Origin: a virus
Lineage: Duplodnaviria; Caudoviricetes
Direction: 5' to 3' (one strand)
DNA length: 64,000 nucleotides
IMG/VR virus record: IMGVR_UViG_3300021411_000005
Location: 11,909-75,908 of that record
Shown here: in pieces, positions 36,087 to 45,765 of the stretch
Layout of the letters: the number at the start of each line of letters is the position of its first letter
Position numbering within the stretch: position 1 is the stretch's first letter
Notes under the pieces: model-generated
Database searches by the model: none
What the model was told of the DNA's origin: nothing
Seen by the model: only the letters and a program-made list of their open reading frames with translations
Position numbers and translations under genes: made by a program

Positions 36087-36456
36087 CGAATTCACCAAGG
36101 CAGGCGGGGAGCAGTTCGTCTCCCTGGCGCAGCGCGCCCGGACCAACCGGCGTCTGATCACGCTGGCCATCGGCAGCATCATCCTGGACCTGGTGATCAC
36201 TGCGGTTCTGTCGGTCGGCTGGGTCCAGGTGGTGAACAACGATCACCGGATCACCGGACTGACCGAGCGGCTGGACGTGGCCCAGACCGTCCAGAGGCAG
36301 AAGGCGCTCTGCCCGCTCTATCAGCTTCTGCTGGACTCCAAGTCGGCCGCGGGCCGGAAGGCCGCGCCGGACCCGGTGGCCTACGATCACGCTTTCGTGG
36401 TGATCGAATCCGGTTACCAGGCGCTGGAGTGCAGCGACTTCATCAAGGCCCAGTAG
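35995..36456 (+). CDS. Single-pass membrane coiled-coil protein
   Basis: ITLAIGSIILDLVITAVLSVGWV TM segment. Confidence 0.65.
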   Translation: MTEQTETPEGPQDDRMERLITLAERLVQEIDEFTKAGGEQFVSLAQRARTNRRLITLAIGSIILDLVITAVLSVGWVQVVNNDHRITGLTERLDVAQTVQRQKALCPLYQLLLDSKSAAGRKAAPDPVAYDHAFVVIESGYQALECSDFIKAQ

Positions 36457-36521
36457 CCGCTCCGGACGGGGCGTCCCGATCATCACGCTACGCTGTCCCC
36501 AGTTGACCGCAGGAGGCAGGC

Positions 36522-38303
36522 ATGCCGTGGTGGAACACATTCGGGATCGGCCGCCGTCCGGAACCTCCGGCCGCTGACCCGGTCCCGGCCGCGCTGACCG
36601 CGGCAGCGGCGCCCGTGAAGAAGCCGCAGTCCCAGTTCCTCCAGCACACCCAGGCGTGGCAGTCCGAAGCATGGGACTTCTACGATGCGTCGGGTGAGAT
36701 GAATTACGCCATCACCTGGCTGGCCAACATGATGAGCCAGGTCCGGCTCCGCGCGGCGCGGCTGTCCCCGGAACTGGATGAGCCGGAGATCCTGAACGAC
36801 GGCCCGGCCGCGGAGATTGTGGCCGCGCTGGCGGGCGGTGTCGGCGGCCAGTCGCAGATCATGCGCGGCCTGTCCTCCCAGCTCTCCGTTCCCGGGGACT
36901 GCTACCTGATCGGGGAGCAGAAGGGCCAGGCGTACACCTGGTCGGTCCGCAGCACGGACGAAGTACGTGTCCAGGGCACGGATTTCCAGGTGGTCTCCGA
37001 CCGTACGCCGACGATCGAATGGTCCAACCTGCCGAAGGACGCCATCCCGATCCGGGTCTGGCGTCCTCATGCCCGCTGGTACCACATCGCCGACTCCCCG
37101 GCGCGCTCCGCGCTGCCGATCCTGCGGGAGCTGGACCTGGTCAACCGGCACATCACCGCTCAGTACCTGTCCCGGCTGGCGTCCGCCGGAATCGTGATCT
37201 TCCCCGAAGAGGTGACCTTCCCGGTCCGGGAGGAGTTCGAGGATGCCAACGATCCGTTCATGGCGGAATGGATCGAGATAGCGGCCGAAGCCATCCGCAC
37301 ACCCGGCACCGCGTCCGCCGTGATTCCGATCCCGATCCGGGTACCTGCGGAGTTCGTGGACAAGGTCAAGCACATCGACTTCACGCTGAAGATTGATGAG
37401 AAGATCATCGAGAAGCGGGAGTCCGCGGTCAACCGGCTGGCCACCAAGCTGGACATCCCCACCGAAGTGCTGACCGGCATCGGCCGGGTGAACCACTGGA
37501 CCGCCTGGCAGCTCGATGAAGGCGCGCTGAAGAACCACATTGCCCCGCTGGCGGAGCTGATCTGCCACTGCCTCACGGTCGGCTACCTGGCGCCCCGGAT
37601 GGAGGCCAGCGGGGAGAAGAACCTGGAGGAGTTTGTCGTCTGGTACGACATGTCCGAGCTGGCCATGCGGCCGGACCAGTCGCAGAACGCCAAGGACGCG
37701 TACGACCGGATGGAGCTGTCCGGCGAAGCGCTGCGCCGGGAGTCCGGGTTCGGTGAGGACGACAAGCCGAAGCCTGACGAACTGGAGACCATCGCTCTCA
37801 AGAGCATCATCCGGAACTTCTCCGGGGACGCTGCGGCAGCCCTGGACGCTCTCCTGGGCAAAACCGTGCTCCAGGTGGCCGCTGCGGCACCGGCAGCCAC
37901 CGGTACCGGCAGTGCGCCGGAGCAGCCCCCGCCAGGGACCGGTGAGGACCCGCCGTCCGTGCCGAAGACGCAGGGCGCGCCACCGGACGCGGCGGCCGCC
38001 TCGGACCGGATTCTCCAGCAGACCAAGGCGGTGCACGCCATCCGGTTCAGCATGACCAGACCGGGTGAGCTGCTCCATCCGCCGGTCTGCCGGACGCACG
38101 CCTACTCCTGCCCGTTCACCCATGCGGCCTGGAACATCGGCGTACCGGCGCTGACCACTGGAACGTACGAATGCCGTCTGGACGCGTTCGGCCAGCTCCT
38201 GATCGGCCGGAACGCCCCGGAGCTGGACACGGAGTCGTGGACGGTCACCCAGGGCTTCATTGCGACCCGGAAGGGGCAGCTCAATGGCCGTGCCAAGGTC
38301 TGA
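36522..38303 (+). CDS. Portal protein
   Basis: Follows terL; actinophage portal-like motifs (EAWDFYD, VWRPH...ADSP, SRLASAG, VNHWTAW). Confidence 0.85.
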   Translation: MPWWNTFGIGRRPEPPAADPVPAALTAAAAPVKKPQSQFLQHTQAWQSEAWDFYDASGEMNYAITWLANMMSQVRLRAARLSPELDEPEILNDGPAAEIVAALAGGVGGQSQIMRGLSSQLSVPGDCYLIGEQKGQAYTWSVRSTDEVRVQGTDFQVVSDRTPTIEWSNLPKDAIPIRVWRPHARWYHIADSPARSALPILRELDLVNRHITAQYLSRLASAGIVIFPEEVTFPVREEFEDANDPFMAEWIEIAAEAIRTPGTASAVIPIPIRVPAEFVDKVKHIDFTLKIDEKIIEKRESAVNRLATKLDIPTEVLTGIGRVNHWTAWQLDEGALKNHIAPLAELICHCLTVGYLAPRMEASGEKNLEEFVVWYDMSELAMRPDQSQNAKDAYDRMELSGEALRRESGFGEDDKPKPDELETIALKSIIRNFSGDAAAALDALLGKTVLQVAAAAPAATGTGSAPEQPPPGTGEDPPSVPKTQGAPPDAAAASDRILQQTKAVHAIRFSMTRPGELLHPPVCRTHAYSCPFTHAAWNIGVPALTTGTYECRLDAFGQLLIGRNAPELDTESWTVTQGFIATRKGQLNGRAKV

Positions 38304-41193
38304 GCAGCTTCACCAGCACGGCCATCACGTACAGAAGGCGCACGGCCGCCGGACTGCGGAGCTGGCTGCCGACGGGAGCCACCTGAGCGGCTGCATGATC
38401 GCGCTCATGCCGGTCGCGGAGGACGCCAAGCGGCTGGCGCTGCGCGGCGGGGAGCGGGCGGCCGACCTCCACCTCACGCTGTTCTACGTCGGTCCGGACG
38501 CCGGAGCCTGGGACGACGACCAGCGCGGGGAACTGACCGCCGGTCTCCGCGGCCTGGTGACGTCGGCACCGTTCGGTTCGGCCAACATCACCGAAGCGAA
38601 CATCTTCGGAGCAGCCCACTGGAATGCCGGAGGGGATGCGCCGTCCTGGGTGTGGTCCGTCGGGGACGGTCCGGACGGCCAGGACCCCCTGGAGCTGTTC
38701 CACACACTGGCTGTGGAGGCTCTGGAGTCCATGCACAGCCAGCCGGATATCCCGTCCCAGCACACACCCTGGGTCGCGCACATCTGTGCTGCATACACCG
38801 ATGATCTGTCGCTCCTGCCGGAGATGGAGAAGCGCCTGGGGCCGGTGACGTTCGACCGGATCCGGGTCTCCTTCGGGGACGCCGACACGGACATCCCGCT
38901 GAACCAGGACGTGGCGATGACCGCGGGCGCCCGGCCGTTCCGGCGCAGGCCCACGGAGACGGAGCTGGCAGCCACCACGGACTTCGCGCTGATGGACTCC
39001 GCCTGGAAGACGGCCGTGGACGCCGTCACCGCGGCCTGGGGGCCGGTGCTGGAGGCCCAGCGGACGGAGCTGACCGGCCAGATCCGCACGGCGGTGGACA
39101 GCTACCGCCAGGGGGACCTTGCGGAGCTGTCGGTGAGCACCGCGGCGGCCACTGGGACACTGACCGAGCACATGGCGGCCTTCGCGCAGAAGGCCGGGGA
39201 ACAGCAGCAGCGGGAGGCGGAGAACCAGGGGATCAAGGTCGGGGAATGGTCGCTGTCGGAAGACGCGCTCAGCGCGGCGGCGCTCCAGTCCTTCCTCCAC
39301 CGGATCCGCTCCTTCGCCCGGGTCACCGCGGGTGCACTGGCGTCCCGGCTGTCCACGTCCGCATCCAGCCGCGCCGTGGTGCTGGCCTCCGGCACGGACG
39401 ACGGGGAGTCCGTGGCGCGCCAGGTGGACGACGACCTGTCCGGCCGGTCCGACAGCTACGTCCGGGAGGAACTGGCGGGGGCCATGACCGCTGCGCAGAA
39501 CTTCGGCCGCACGGCCGTGCTCCAGGCGGCCCCGCCGGGGCAGTATTTCGCTTCCGAACTGCTGGACAACAACACGTGCAAGCCGTGCGGCGCGATCGAC
39601 GGGGAGGAGTTCGAGGATCTGTCAGCGGCGGATCTGGCCTACCCTGCCGGTGGATACGTCAACTGCCAGGGCGGCGGACGCTGCCGTGGATCCCTGATAA
39701 CGATCTGGGGAGAGGCCACAACCGCCAGCGCGGTGGAGACCAAGGGAGAGACCATGGCAGGCACCGAACTGGGCGGCAAGCCCAACGAGGGAACGAAGAA
39801 GGACAAGCGGCTGAAGGAGAACGGCAAGGCGGCCAAGACCACCGTGGAGGAGCACCCCTGGGACGGCGCAGCCACCCTGGGTGAAGCCGTGGAGCTGGCC
39901 CGCGCGGCGCTCCCGGTGGAATCCGTGGAGAATTTCGACGCTCCGGAGACCGTCACCACGGCTCCGTGGAAGGGCCCGCTGGCCATTGAGGGCACCACGA
40001 CCGGCGACGGCCGGGAGTTCGCCAAGGACTCCCTGGTCTGGCGGGATCTGCCGGTGCCGCTGCGCTGGAACAAGGAAGACAGTCACGGCGGGGAGGCGCA
40101 CACCGTGGCGGTCAACGTTGGCCGTATCGACCGGATTTACCGTGAGGGTGAGCTGGTCATGGGGGAGGGCGTCTTCAACCTGGCGGAGCCGGACGGCCAG
40201 CGCGCCCACGACCTGGTGGCGGGCAAGTTCCTGCGCGGGGTCTCGATCGACGCGGACCAGATCACCGAAGCCGACGTGGAGTACGTCTGGCCCGAAGACA
40301 TCTCCGACGGGGACATGGAGGACGACCCGCTGGCCATGCTGTTCGCGCAGCCGGAGAAGATCATTTTCCACGCCGGACGCATCTCCGCGGCCACCCTGTG
40401 CGACATCCCGGCCTTCGCGGAGGCGTACGTGGCGCTGGTGGACGAAGAAGGCGCCGTAGTGGCGGGCGGAACCCCCGCCGGGGCGGACGGGAAGGTCCAG
40501 ATCCGGGCGGAGCGCAAGCGCACCGTGGACGGCCTGACCGCGCACGGCGGACCGGAGTGGAAGCCCCCGGCGGCTTGGTTCGCGGACCCGAAGCTCTCGC
40601 TGCCGACCGGCATCACGGTGACGGACGACGGCCGGGTGTACGGCCACGCGGCCATGTGGGGCTCCTGCCACATCGGCCAGTCCGACGTCTGCGTCAGCCC
40701 GCCGCAGGAGGACGGTCACCCGTACTACATGACCGGGGAGGTGACCTGCGCGGAGGGCACCCGCCAGGCGGTCGGCCAGATCACGGTGGGCACCGGCCAC
40801 GCTCCGCTGCGCATGGGAGCGGTTCCCGCAACCGAGCACTACGAACACACCGGCCACGCGGTCGCTGATGTGGCGGTCGGCAACGACGCGCACGGGATCT
40901 GGGTGGCGGGCGCCATCCGGCCGGGTGCGGATCCGCTGCTGGTGCACGAACTCCGTGCGTCCGGGCAGGTGTCCGGGGACTGGCGCCGGATCGGCTCCGC
41001 GCTGCGCATGGTCGGCCTTCTGGCTGTCAACGTGCCCGGCTTCCCGGTGCCGAAGATGGCCGCCCGGGTCGCCTCCGGGAGCCAGGAAGCGCTGGTGGCC
41101 GCCGGGCGGCCGACCGTGGCGCACGGCCAGACGTCCCAGGACGCGCTGCGCACCGTGATGACGGCCCTGTCGGGCCACGTGAAGGGGAGGTGA
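38284..41193 (+). CDS. Head morphogenesis fusion: 2H phosphoesterase + MuF-like + probable maturation protease
   Basis: LHLTL and WVAHIC (2H motifs); ELLDNNTCKPC...CQGGGRCRG (MuF-like); LAIEGTTTGDGR...VGRIDRI. Confidence 0.75.
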   Translation: MAVPRSEQLHQHGHHVQKAHGRRTAELAADGSHLSGCMIALMPVAEDAKRLALRGGERAADLHLTLFYVGPDAGAWDDDQRGELTAGLRGLVTSAPFGSANITEANIFGAAHWNAGGDAPSWVWSVGDGPDGQDPLELFHTLAVEALESMHSQPDIPSQHTPWVAHICAAYTDDLSLLPEMEKRLGPVTFDRIRVSFGDADTDIPLNQDVAMTAGARPFRRRPTETELAATTDFALMDSAWKTAVDAVTAAWGPVLEAQRTELTGQIRTAVDSYRQGDLAELSVSTAAATGTLTEHMAAFAQKAGEQQQREAENQGIKVGEWSLSEDALSAAALQSFLHRIRSFARVTAGALASRLSTSASSRAVVLASGTDDGESVARQVDDDLSGRSDSYVREELAGAMTAAQNFGRTAVLQAAPPGQYFASELLDNNTCKPCGAIDGEEFEDLSAADLAYPAGGYVNCQGGGRCRGSLITIWGEATTASAVETKGETMAGTELGGKPNEGTKKDKRLKENGKAAKTTVEEHPWDGAATLGEAVELARAALPVESVENFDAPETVTTAPWKGPLAIEGTTTGDGREFAKDSLVWRDLPVPLRWNKEDSHGGEAHTVAVNVGRIDRIYREGELVMGEGVFNLAEPDGQRAHDLVAGKFLRGVSIDADQITEADVEYVWPEDISDGDMEDDPLAMLFAQPEKIIFHAGRISAATLCDIPAFAEAYVALVDEEGAVVAGGTPAGADGKVQIRAERKRTVDGLTAHGGPEWKPPAAWFADPKLSLPTGITVTDDGRVYGHAAMWGSCHIGQSDVCVSPPQEDGHPYYMTGEVTCAEGTRQAVGQITVGTGHAPLRMGAVPATEHYEHTGHAVADVAVGNDAHGIWVAGAIRPGADPLLVHELRASGQVSGDWRRIGSALRMVGLLAVNVPGFPVPKMAARVASGSQEALVAAGRPTVAHGQTSQDALRTVMTALSGHVKGR

Positions 41194-41305
41194 CCACCGT
41201 GTTCCACCGGACGCAGTTCAGGACGGCGGACGGCGCTGCCGTACGCTGTTCCTGGTTCCAGTTCGGCAGCCTGATCCTCGGCTATCGGCAGAAGGAGGTC
41301 TGACC

Positions 41306-41362
41306 ATGTGCGGATGCCAGCAGCAGCCCCCGCCCCCACCGCCCCCGGCACCGGCCGAGTGA
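41306..41362 (+). CDS. Micro-ORF MCGCQQQPPPPPPPAPAE (18 aa)
   Basis: Strong AAGGAGG RBS; last ORF before a terminator. Confidence 0.45.
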   Translation: MCGCQQQPPPPPPPAPAE

Positions 41363-41373
41363 CCCCCGGCAGC

Positions 41374-41404
41374 CAGCCCCCGCCCTACCCTCCGGCGGGG
41401 GCTG
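41374..41404. terminator. Bidirectional terminator
   Basis: CAGCCCCCGCC/GGCGGGGGCTG between convergent genes. Confidence 0.65.
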
Positions 41405-41411
41405 TGCTGTG

Positions 41412-41909
41412 TCAGGAGACAGGCCCGGTGAACACCGCGTCGTTGTGCCCGAAGTCCGGGCTCACCTCCACCTGGATTTCGTGCACCGCGGCCGGAACGG
41501 CGCAGGCGGCTTTGATGCGGTAGCTCTTCCCCGGGAGCAGGTGCCCGTTCGGCAGGTCCAGGCCGTCATCGAACACCCGCTCCGCCGGTCGGCCTCCGGC
41601 GGTGCAGTCGGCCGTCATCCACTCCAGGTCCACGCTCTGGCCGGAGCTGTTGGCCACGGAGACGAAGAAGCTGACGTACTCCGCGTCCGGCGGGCTGCCG
41701 GACTCCCCGGACTTCCCGCGGCCGAATCCGGCCAGCGACACCGACACCCCGTCCCCGTACGTCCAGGTGTCGCGGAGCGTCTTCGCGCCGTTCACCGTGA
41801 CAGAGGCGGACGGCGCCGGGACGGGTACTGGATCGGCGTGGTGCCGGGCACCGCATCCGGCCGCGGCCAGTCCGATTACAGTCACTGCCATCATTCGCAT
41901 GGTTTTCAT
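41412..41909 (-). CDS. Lipoprotein (antisense moron in the head module)
   Basis: Signal peptide with lipobox LAAAGC, Pro-rich linker, beta-rich domain. Confidence 0.8.
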   Translation of the reverse strand: MKTMRMMAVTVIGLAAAGCGARHHADPVPVPAPSASVTVNGAKTLRDTWTYGDGVSVSLAGFGRGKSGESGSPPDAEYVSFFVSVANSSGQSVDLEWMTADCTAGGRPAERVFDDGLDLPNGHLLPGKSYRIKAACAVPAAVHEIQVEVSPDFGHNDAVFTGPVS

Positions 41910-42026
41910 GGATCCTGACTTTACATTATTCGATTCGATAAACCATTTGATCTTTGGTTATCGAGAAACTGCCTGCTACCTTGACACCAAACATCATCTT
42001 CAGGGCCCCGTCAGCGGGAGGACACC
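41910..42026. promoter_or_regulatory. AT-rich divergent promoter region with inverted repeat
   Basis: TCGATAAACCA...TGGTTATCGA between the lipoprotein and capsid genes. Confidence 0.5.
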
Positions 42027-43814
42027 GTGCCCGAACAGATCGAGAAGTCCGACAAGTTCCCCGCTCCGGACGACCTCACCACGGTCTCCGACGCGGATCT
42101 CCAGGCTCTGGAGACGGAGGGCGTGGCCGAATTCGATCGGGTTCACGGTCTCCAGGAGTACGCTCCGGCCGATGTGGAGTACGCGCTCCGCCTGAGCACC
42201 GACCTGGACCGGATCAAGGCGGAGCTGTCCGCCCGGAAGGTCCGTGCCGAAACGGCAGCCGCGCAGGAGAAGGCGCGGGCGGACCGCCAGATGGCGGAAC
42301 TCCAGGAGCAGGTCCACGGCCCGGCCGCCGGTACGCCGGAAGCGCTGGCCGCGGAGGCCCAGATGGACGCCTCCCGGGTGGAACAGATCGTGGCCGCCGC
42401 ATCCAAGGGCACGGCGGACGCACTGCTCCGGGTGATCGGCGACCGGACCGGCGGCAACACACTCAGCCGTGTCACCCGTACCGGTGTCGCGTCGCTCGGT
42501 GACACCGCAGCGGTCGCCCCGAAGCCGAAGGTCCCGGCCGCGCGGCTGGCCATCACCGCCAGCGCCAACGGACAGGACATCCCTTCGCTGGACGCGCTGG
42601 CGAAGCTCTTCATCGAGCGGGCCCAGTCCGTACCGACCTCCCAGGCCGGGCGCCAGGCGGCGCGCTACCCGGTGGCGAAGATCCGCAACGACTTCGCGCA
42701 CACCGTGGACGAACGCACCAACCCGGGCGAGATCGAGGAACTGTGGCGGGAGATGGTCACCCCGGAGAGCGCCGGGGCTCTGGTGGCCGGTGGCGGCTGG
42801 TGTGCCCCGTCGGAGATCATGTACCAGTTCTTCAACGTGGCCGACATGGACGGCGCGATCGACCTTCCGACCGTCGGCGTGACCCGCGGCGGTATCCGGT
42901 TCCCGGTCTCCCCCGCCATCGGTGACGTGTTCTTCCAGTCCGCAGGCTCCAACCCGGCCTCCGGTTTCGGCGGCTTCGCGTTCCCCTTCAGCAACGCGTC
43001 CGACCCGTGGCTGTGGACCGAGACGGACGACATCCTGACCGTCACCGGCTCCGTCAACAAGCCGACTCTGCGCGTGCCCTGCGCCAGCTTCAACGAAGCC
43101 AGGCTGGAGGCGTACGGCATCACGGTCACGGCGGGCAACCTGACCGACAACGCGTACCCCGAAGCCACCCAGAACTTCATCCGGCTCCTGCGCATGGCCT
43201 ACGCGCACGCGATCAACGCGCGGCTGATCGGGCTCATGGACACCGCGGCGGGCGGCGCCAACACCATCGGTGCCATCACCACCGACCCGGCCGCCCCCCG
43301 CCTGTTCAATGCGGTGGAGCTGGCTGCGGTGGACTACCGCGCCCGGTACGCCATGAACACCAAGGCCGTGCTGGAAGTCGTCATGCCGTACTGGGTCAAG
43401 AGCGTGATCCGCTCCGACCTGGCGTACAAGACCGGCATCGACTCCACGGAGCTGTACGCCGTGCTGGACGCGCAGATTGACGCGTTCTTCACCGCGCGCA
43501 ACGTCCGGGTCCAGTGGGTCAACGACTATCAGGTCCGCGGAGCTTCCCAGCCCGGCAACGCCACGGTCCAGCTTGTCTGGCCGACCACGGTCAACTTCCT
43601 GGTCTACGCGGCCGGGACGTTCCTCCACGGGACCGGCCTCCAGCTTGACCTGGGTGTCGTCCGTGACTCCGTCCTGAACGCGGAGAACGACTTCACCGCG
43701 GCATGGGCGGAAGAGGCACACCTGATCGCCATGGTGGGTCACGCGGCGCGCAAGTACACGGTGGCCTTCCAGGTCAACGGCGCCAGCGGTGGCGGTACGG
43801 CTGCCCGTGTCTGA
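42027..43814 (+). CDS. Major capsid protein with N-terminal scaffold region (hexamer-type)
   Basis: Coiled-coil N-terminus, LVAGGGWCAPSE motif, HK97-like size and position. Confidence 0.85.
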   Translation: MPEQIEKSDKFPAPDDLTTVSDADLQALETEGVAEFDRVHGLQEYAPADVEYALRLSTDLDRIKAELSARKVRAETAAAQEKARADRQMAELQEQVHGPAAGTPEALAAEAQMDASRVEQIVAAASKGTADALLRVIGDRTGGNTLSRVTRTGVASLGDTAAVAPKPKVPAARLAITASANGQDIPSLDALAKLFIERAQSVPTSQAGRQAARYPVAKIRNDFAHTVDERTNPGEIEELWREMVTPESAGALVAGGGWCAPSEIMYQFFNVADMDGAIDLPTVGVTRGGIRFPVSPAIGDVFFQSAGSNPASGFGGFAFPFSNASDPWLWTETDDILTVTGSVNKPTLRVPCASFNEARLEAYGITVTAGNLTDNAYPEATQNFIRLLRMAYAHAINARLIGLMDTAAGGANTIGAITTDPAAPRLFNAVELAAVDYRARYAMNTKAVLEVVMPYWVKSVIRSDLAYKTGIDSTELYAVLDAQIDAFFTARNVRVQWVNDYQVRGASQPGNATVQLVWPTTVNFLVYAAGTFLHGTGLQLDLGVVRDSVLNAENDFTAAWAEEAHLIAMVGHAARKYTVAFQVNGASGGGTAARV

Positions 43815-43846
43815 TCCGTCCATGACTTAGGCGAAAGGAGGCCCCG

Positions 43847-44128
43847 ATGTCCGCTTTCATCAGCTCGCAGGTCAGCGTGGCCGCCAGTACGCCCGTGAAG
43901 ATCGTGGATGCTGACGACTTTGACCGGGTCGTTCTTGTGCTCGATCCGGTCACTGGGATGCGGCTGGCGTTCACTTCTGCGGGTGCATCGGCAGGGTTCC
44001 TGGTCCGGAATCTGGAGTCCGCGGGTGCTACGGCGAACCGGTTCGTTCTCCCGGCGGACCAGGAAGCATGGGTCTACAGCACTGCGGCCACGGTGACGGA
44101 AGTCTTCGTCACTACGATTGCGCGGTGA
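43847..44128 (+). CDS. Small structural/hypothetical protein
   Basis: AAAGGAGG RBS; follows the capsid gene. Confidence 0.6.
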   Translation: MSAFISSQVSVAASTPVKIVDADDFDRVVLVLDPVTGMRLAFTSAGASAGFLVRNLESAGATANRFVLPADQEAWVYSTAATVTEVFVTTIAR

Positions 44129-44131
44129 GCC

Positions 44132-45046
44132 GTGGCCGGGATGCGTCAGGTCGTTGACGGGCCCAGCTTCGCGCCGCTCCCGTACGGGCTGTGGGAGGCG
44201 GTTCAGAAGCCGACTCCCACAGATTCGCACTGGCAGAACGGCATCACGTATTCGGAGTGGTGCGGCGGTGGCGGGACGCTGTACGACGAATGCATTGCGG
44301 TCACCGGGACGGGGGGCGCTCCGCCCCAGGCGGCCATGACCCCCAACATCACCCAGGACAACCGGGGCGCCACGGCCTTCACGGTGTATGCGGAGTTCGA
44401 CTGCTCCCGGGTCGGCCTGGGCATCGGCGACGCTCAGCGGATCGCGCTGGAGGCGCTGGACCGGGTGGAGCCGTGGCAGGTGGAAGCGGCCTTCTGGACC
44501 GGCACGGCGGGCAAATCGGGGTCCACCCCCCAGACCACGGTCTTCCCCCACCTGGCCGCCAACGCCACTGTGGTGGACACGGTGGACAGCATCACTCTCC
44601 AGTCCGCGGCCTCCGTCGTGGCGACCGGCGCCGGGGACGACGTGGTCATCACCCTGGGCCAGCTTGAGGGTGCGCTGGCCGACTGCTACCACGGCAAGGG
44701 CCTGATCCATGTCCCGTACGAAGCCCTGGCCACCTTCATGGCCTGGGACCTGTTCGAGGCGGACGACACGGGCGCGCTCTTCAGCCCGGCCGGGCACCGC
44801 GTGGTGATCGGGTCCGGCTACCCCGGGACCGGGCCGGACGGCAGCGCAGCTCCGGCCGGGACGTCCTGGGTCTACGCGACCGGTGCCATGTTCGGCTACC
44901 GCAGCGACGTGCGCATTCCGCCGGAGGAAGTCCAGTCGTTCGACCGGGTGGAGAACACGGTGCGGATGATCGCTCAGCGGACCTATGTCCTGGGCTGGGA
45001 GTGCTGCCACTTCGCTGCCCGTGTCAATCTCGGCGTGCCTACGTAA
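44132..45046 (+). CDS. Second capsid-fold protein (possible pentamer/minor capsid)
   Basis: PLPYGLW...HWQNGITY...C; position matches phages with separate hexamer and pentamer genes. Confidence 0.5.
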   Translation: MAGMRQVVDGPSFAPLPYGLWEAVQKPTPTDSHWQNGITYSEWCGGGGTLYDECIAVTGTGGAPPQAAMTPNITQDNRGATAFTVYAEFDCSRVGLGIGDAQRIALEALDRVEPWQVEAAFWTGTAGKSGSTPQTTVFPHLAANATVVDTVDSITLQSAASVVATGAGDDVVITLGQLEGALADCYHGKGLIHVPYEALATFMAWDLFEADDTGALFSPAGHRVVIGSGYPGTGPDGSAAPAGTSWVYATGAMFGYRSDVRIPPEEVQSFDRVENTVRMIAQRTYVLGWECCHFAARVNLGVPT

Positions 45047-45060
45047 GGAGTTGAGACCCC

Positions 45061-45765
45061 ATGGCCACCACATCGAACTGTGCAACTCCGATCAAGGGCA
45101 CCATGTACCGCATGGTCAAGCTGGACGCCTGCGGCAACCCGGTGACCGGCGCTGCGTCGGTCCAGATCATCAGCAAGGGCTTCGTGCAGGTCCAGATGGA
45201 GCCGCAGTACGAAGACGGAACGGAGTTCTTCGAGCGGACCGCGGACGGTACCCCGTGCGTGAACCAGAAGGACGACCCGGTACTGAAGAGGTTCCAGCTC
45301 ACGATCGACTTCTGCGAAGTCAACATCACCGGGGCCTCCTGGATGATGTCGGCGCGGGAGCTGGTGGTCACGAACACCGGCTACGGCTTCGCGGTCGCGG
45401 AGGGCCAGCCGACCAACCGGTACTCCCTGGAGGTCTGGCAGCAAGTCGCGGGATCCGGAGCGTGCGACGCGTCCGGAAACCAGCGGTACATCTACCACGC
45501 CTGGCCGAACTGCGGCGCTACGAAGATCGGCAGCTACACGGTGGAGAACGGGCGCGGCGTCCTTCAGCTCATGTCGGAGACCCGGGCCGGTTCGAGCGTG
45601 GCCACCATCGGATGGAACGACGGGCCCGGAACCGGGACCACGTGGCTGCCCGCCGGGGCCGCCAACGCGGTCGGCGGAGGCACAGGCGCCCTGGACCACT
45701 GGATGTGGAACATCACCACCACGGCCCCGCCTGCGGCGTCCTGCTCTCCGGTGACGCTGACGTGA
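45061..45765 (+). CDS. Major tail (tube) protein
   Basis: Size and position; RMVKLDACG, FERTADG.PC. Confidence 0.75.
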   Translation: MATTSNCATPIKGTMYRMVKLDACGNPVTGAASVQIISKGFVQVQMEPQYEDGTEFFERTADGTPCVNQKDDPVLKRFQLTIDFCEVNITGASWMMSARELVVTNTGYGFAVAEGQPTNRYSLEVWQQVAGSGACDASGNQRYIYHAWPNCGATKIGSYTVENGRGVLQLMSETRAGSSVATIGWNDGPGTGTTWLPAGAANAVGGGTGALDHWMWNITTTAPPAASCSPVTLT

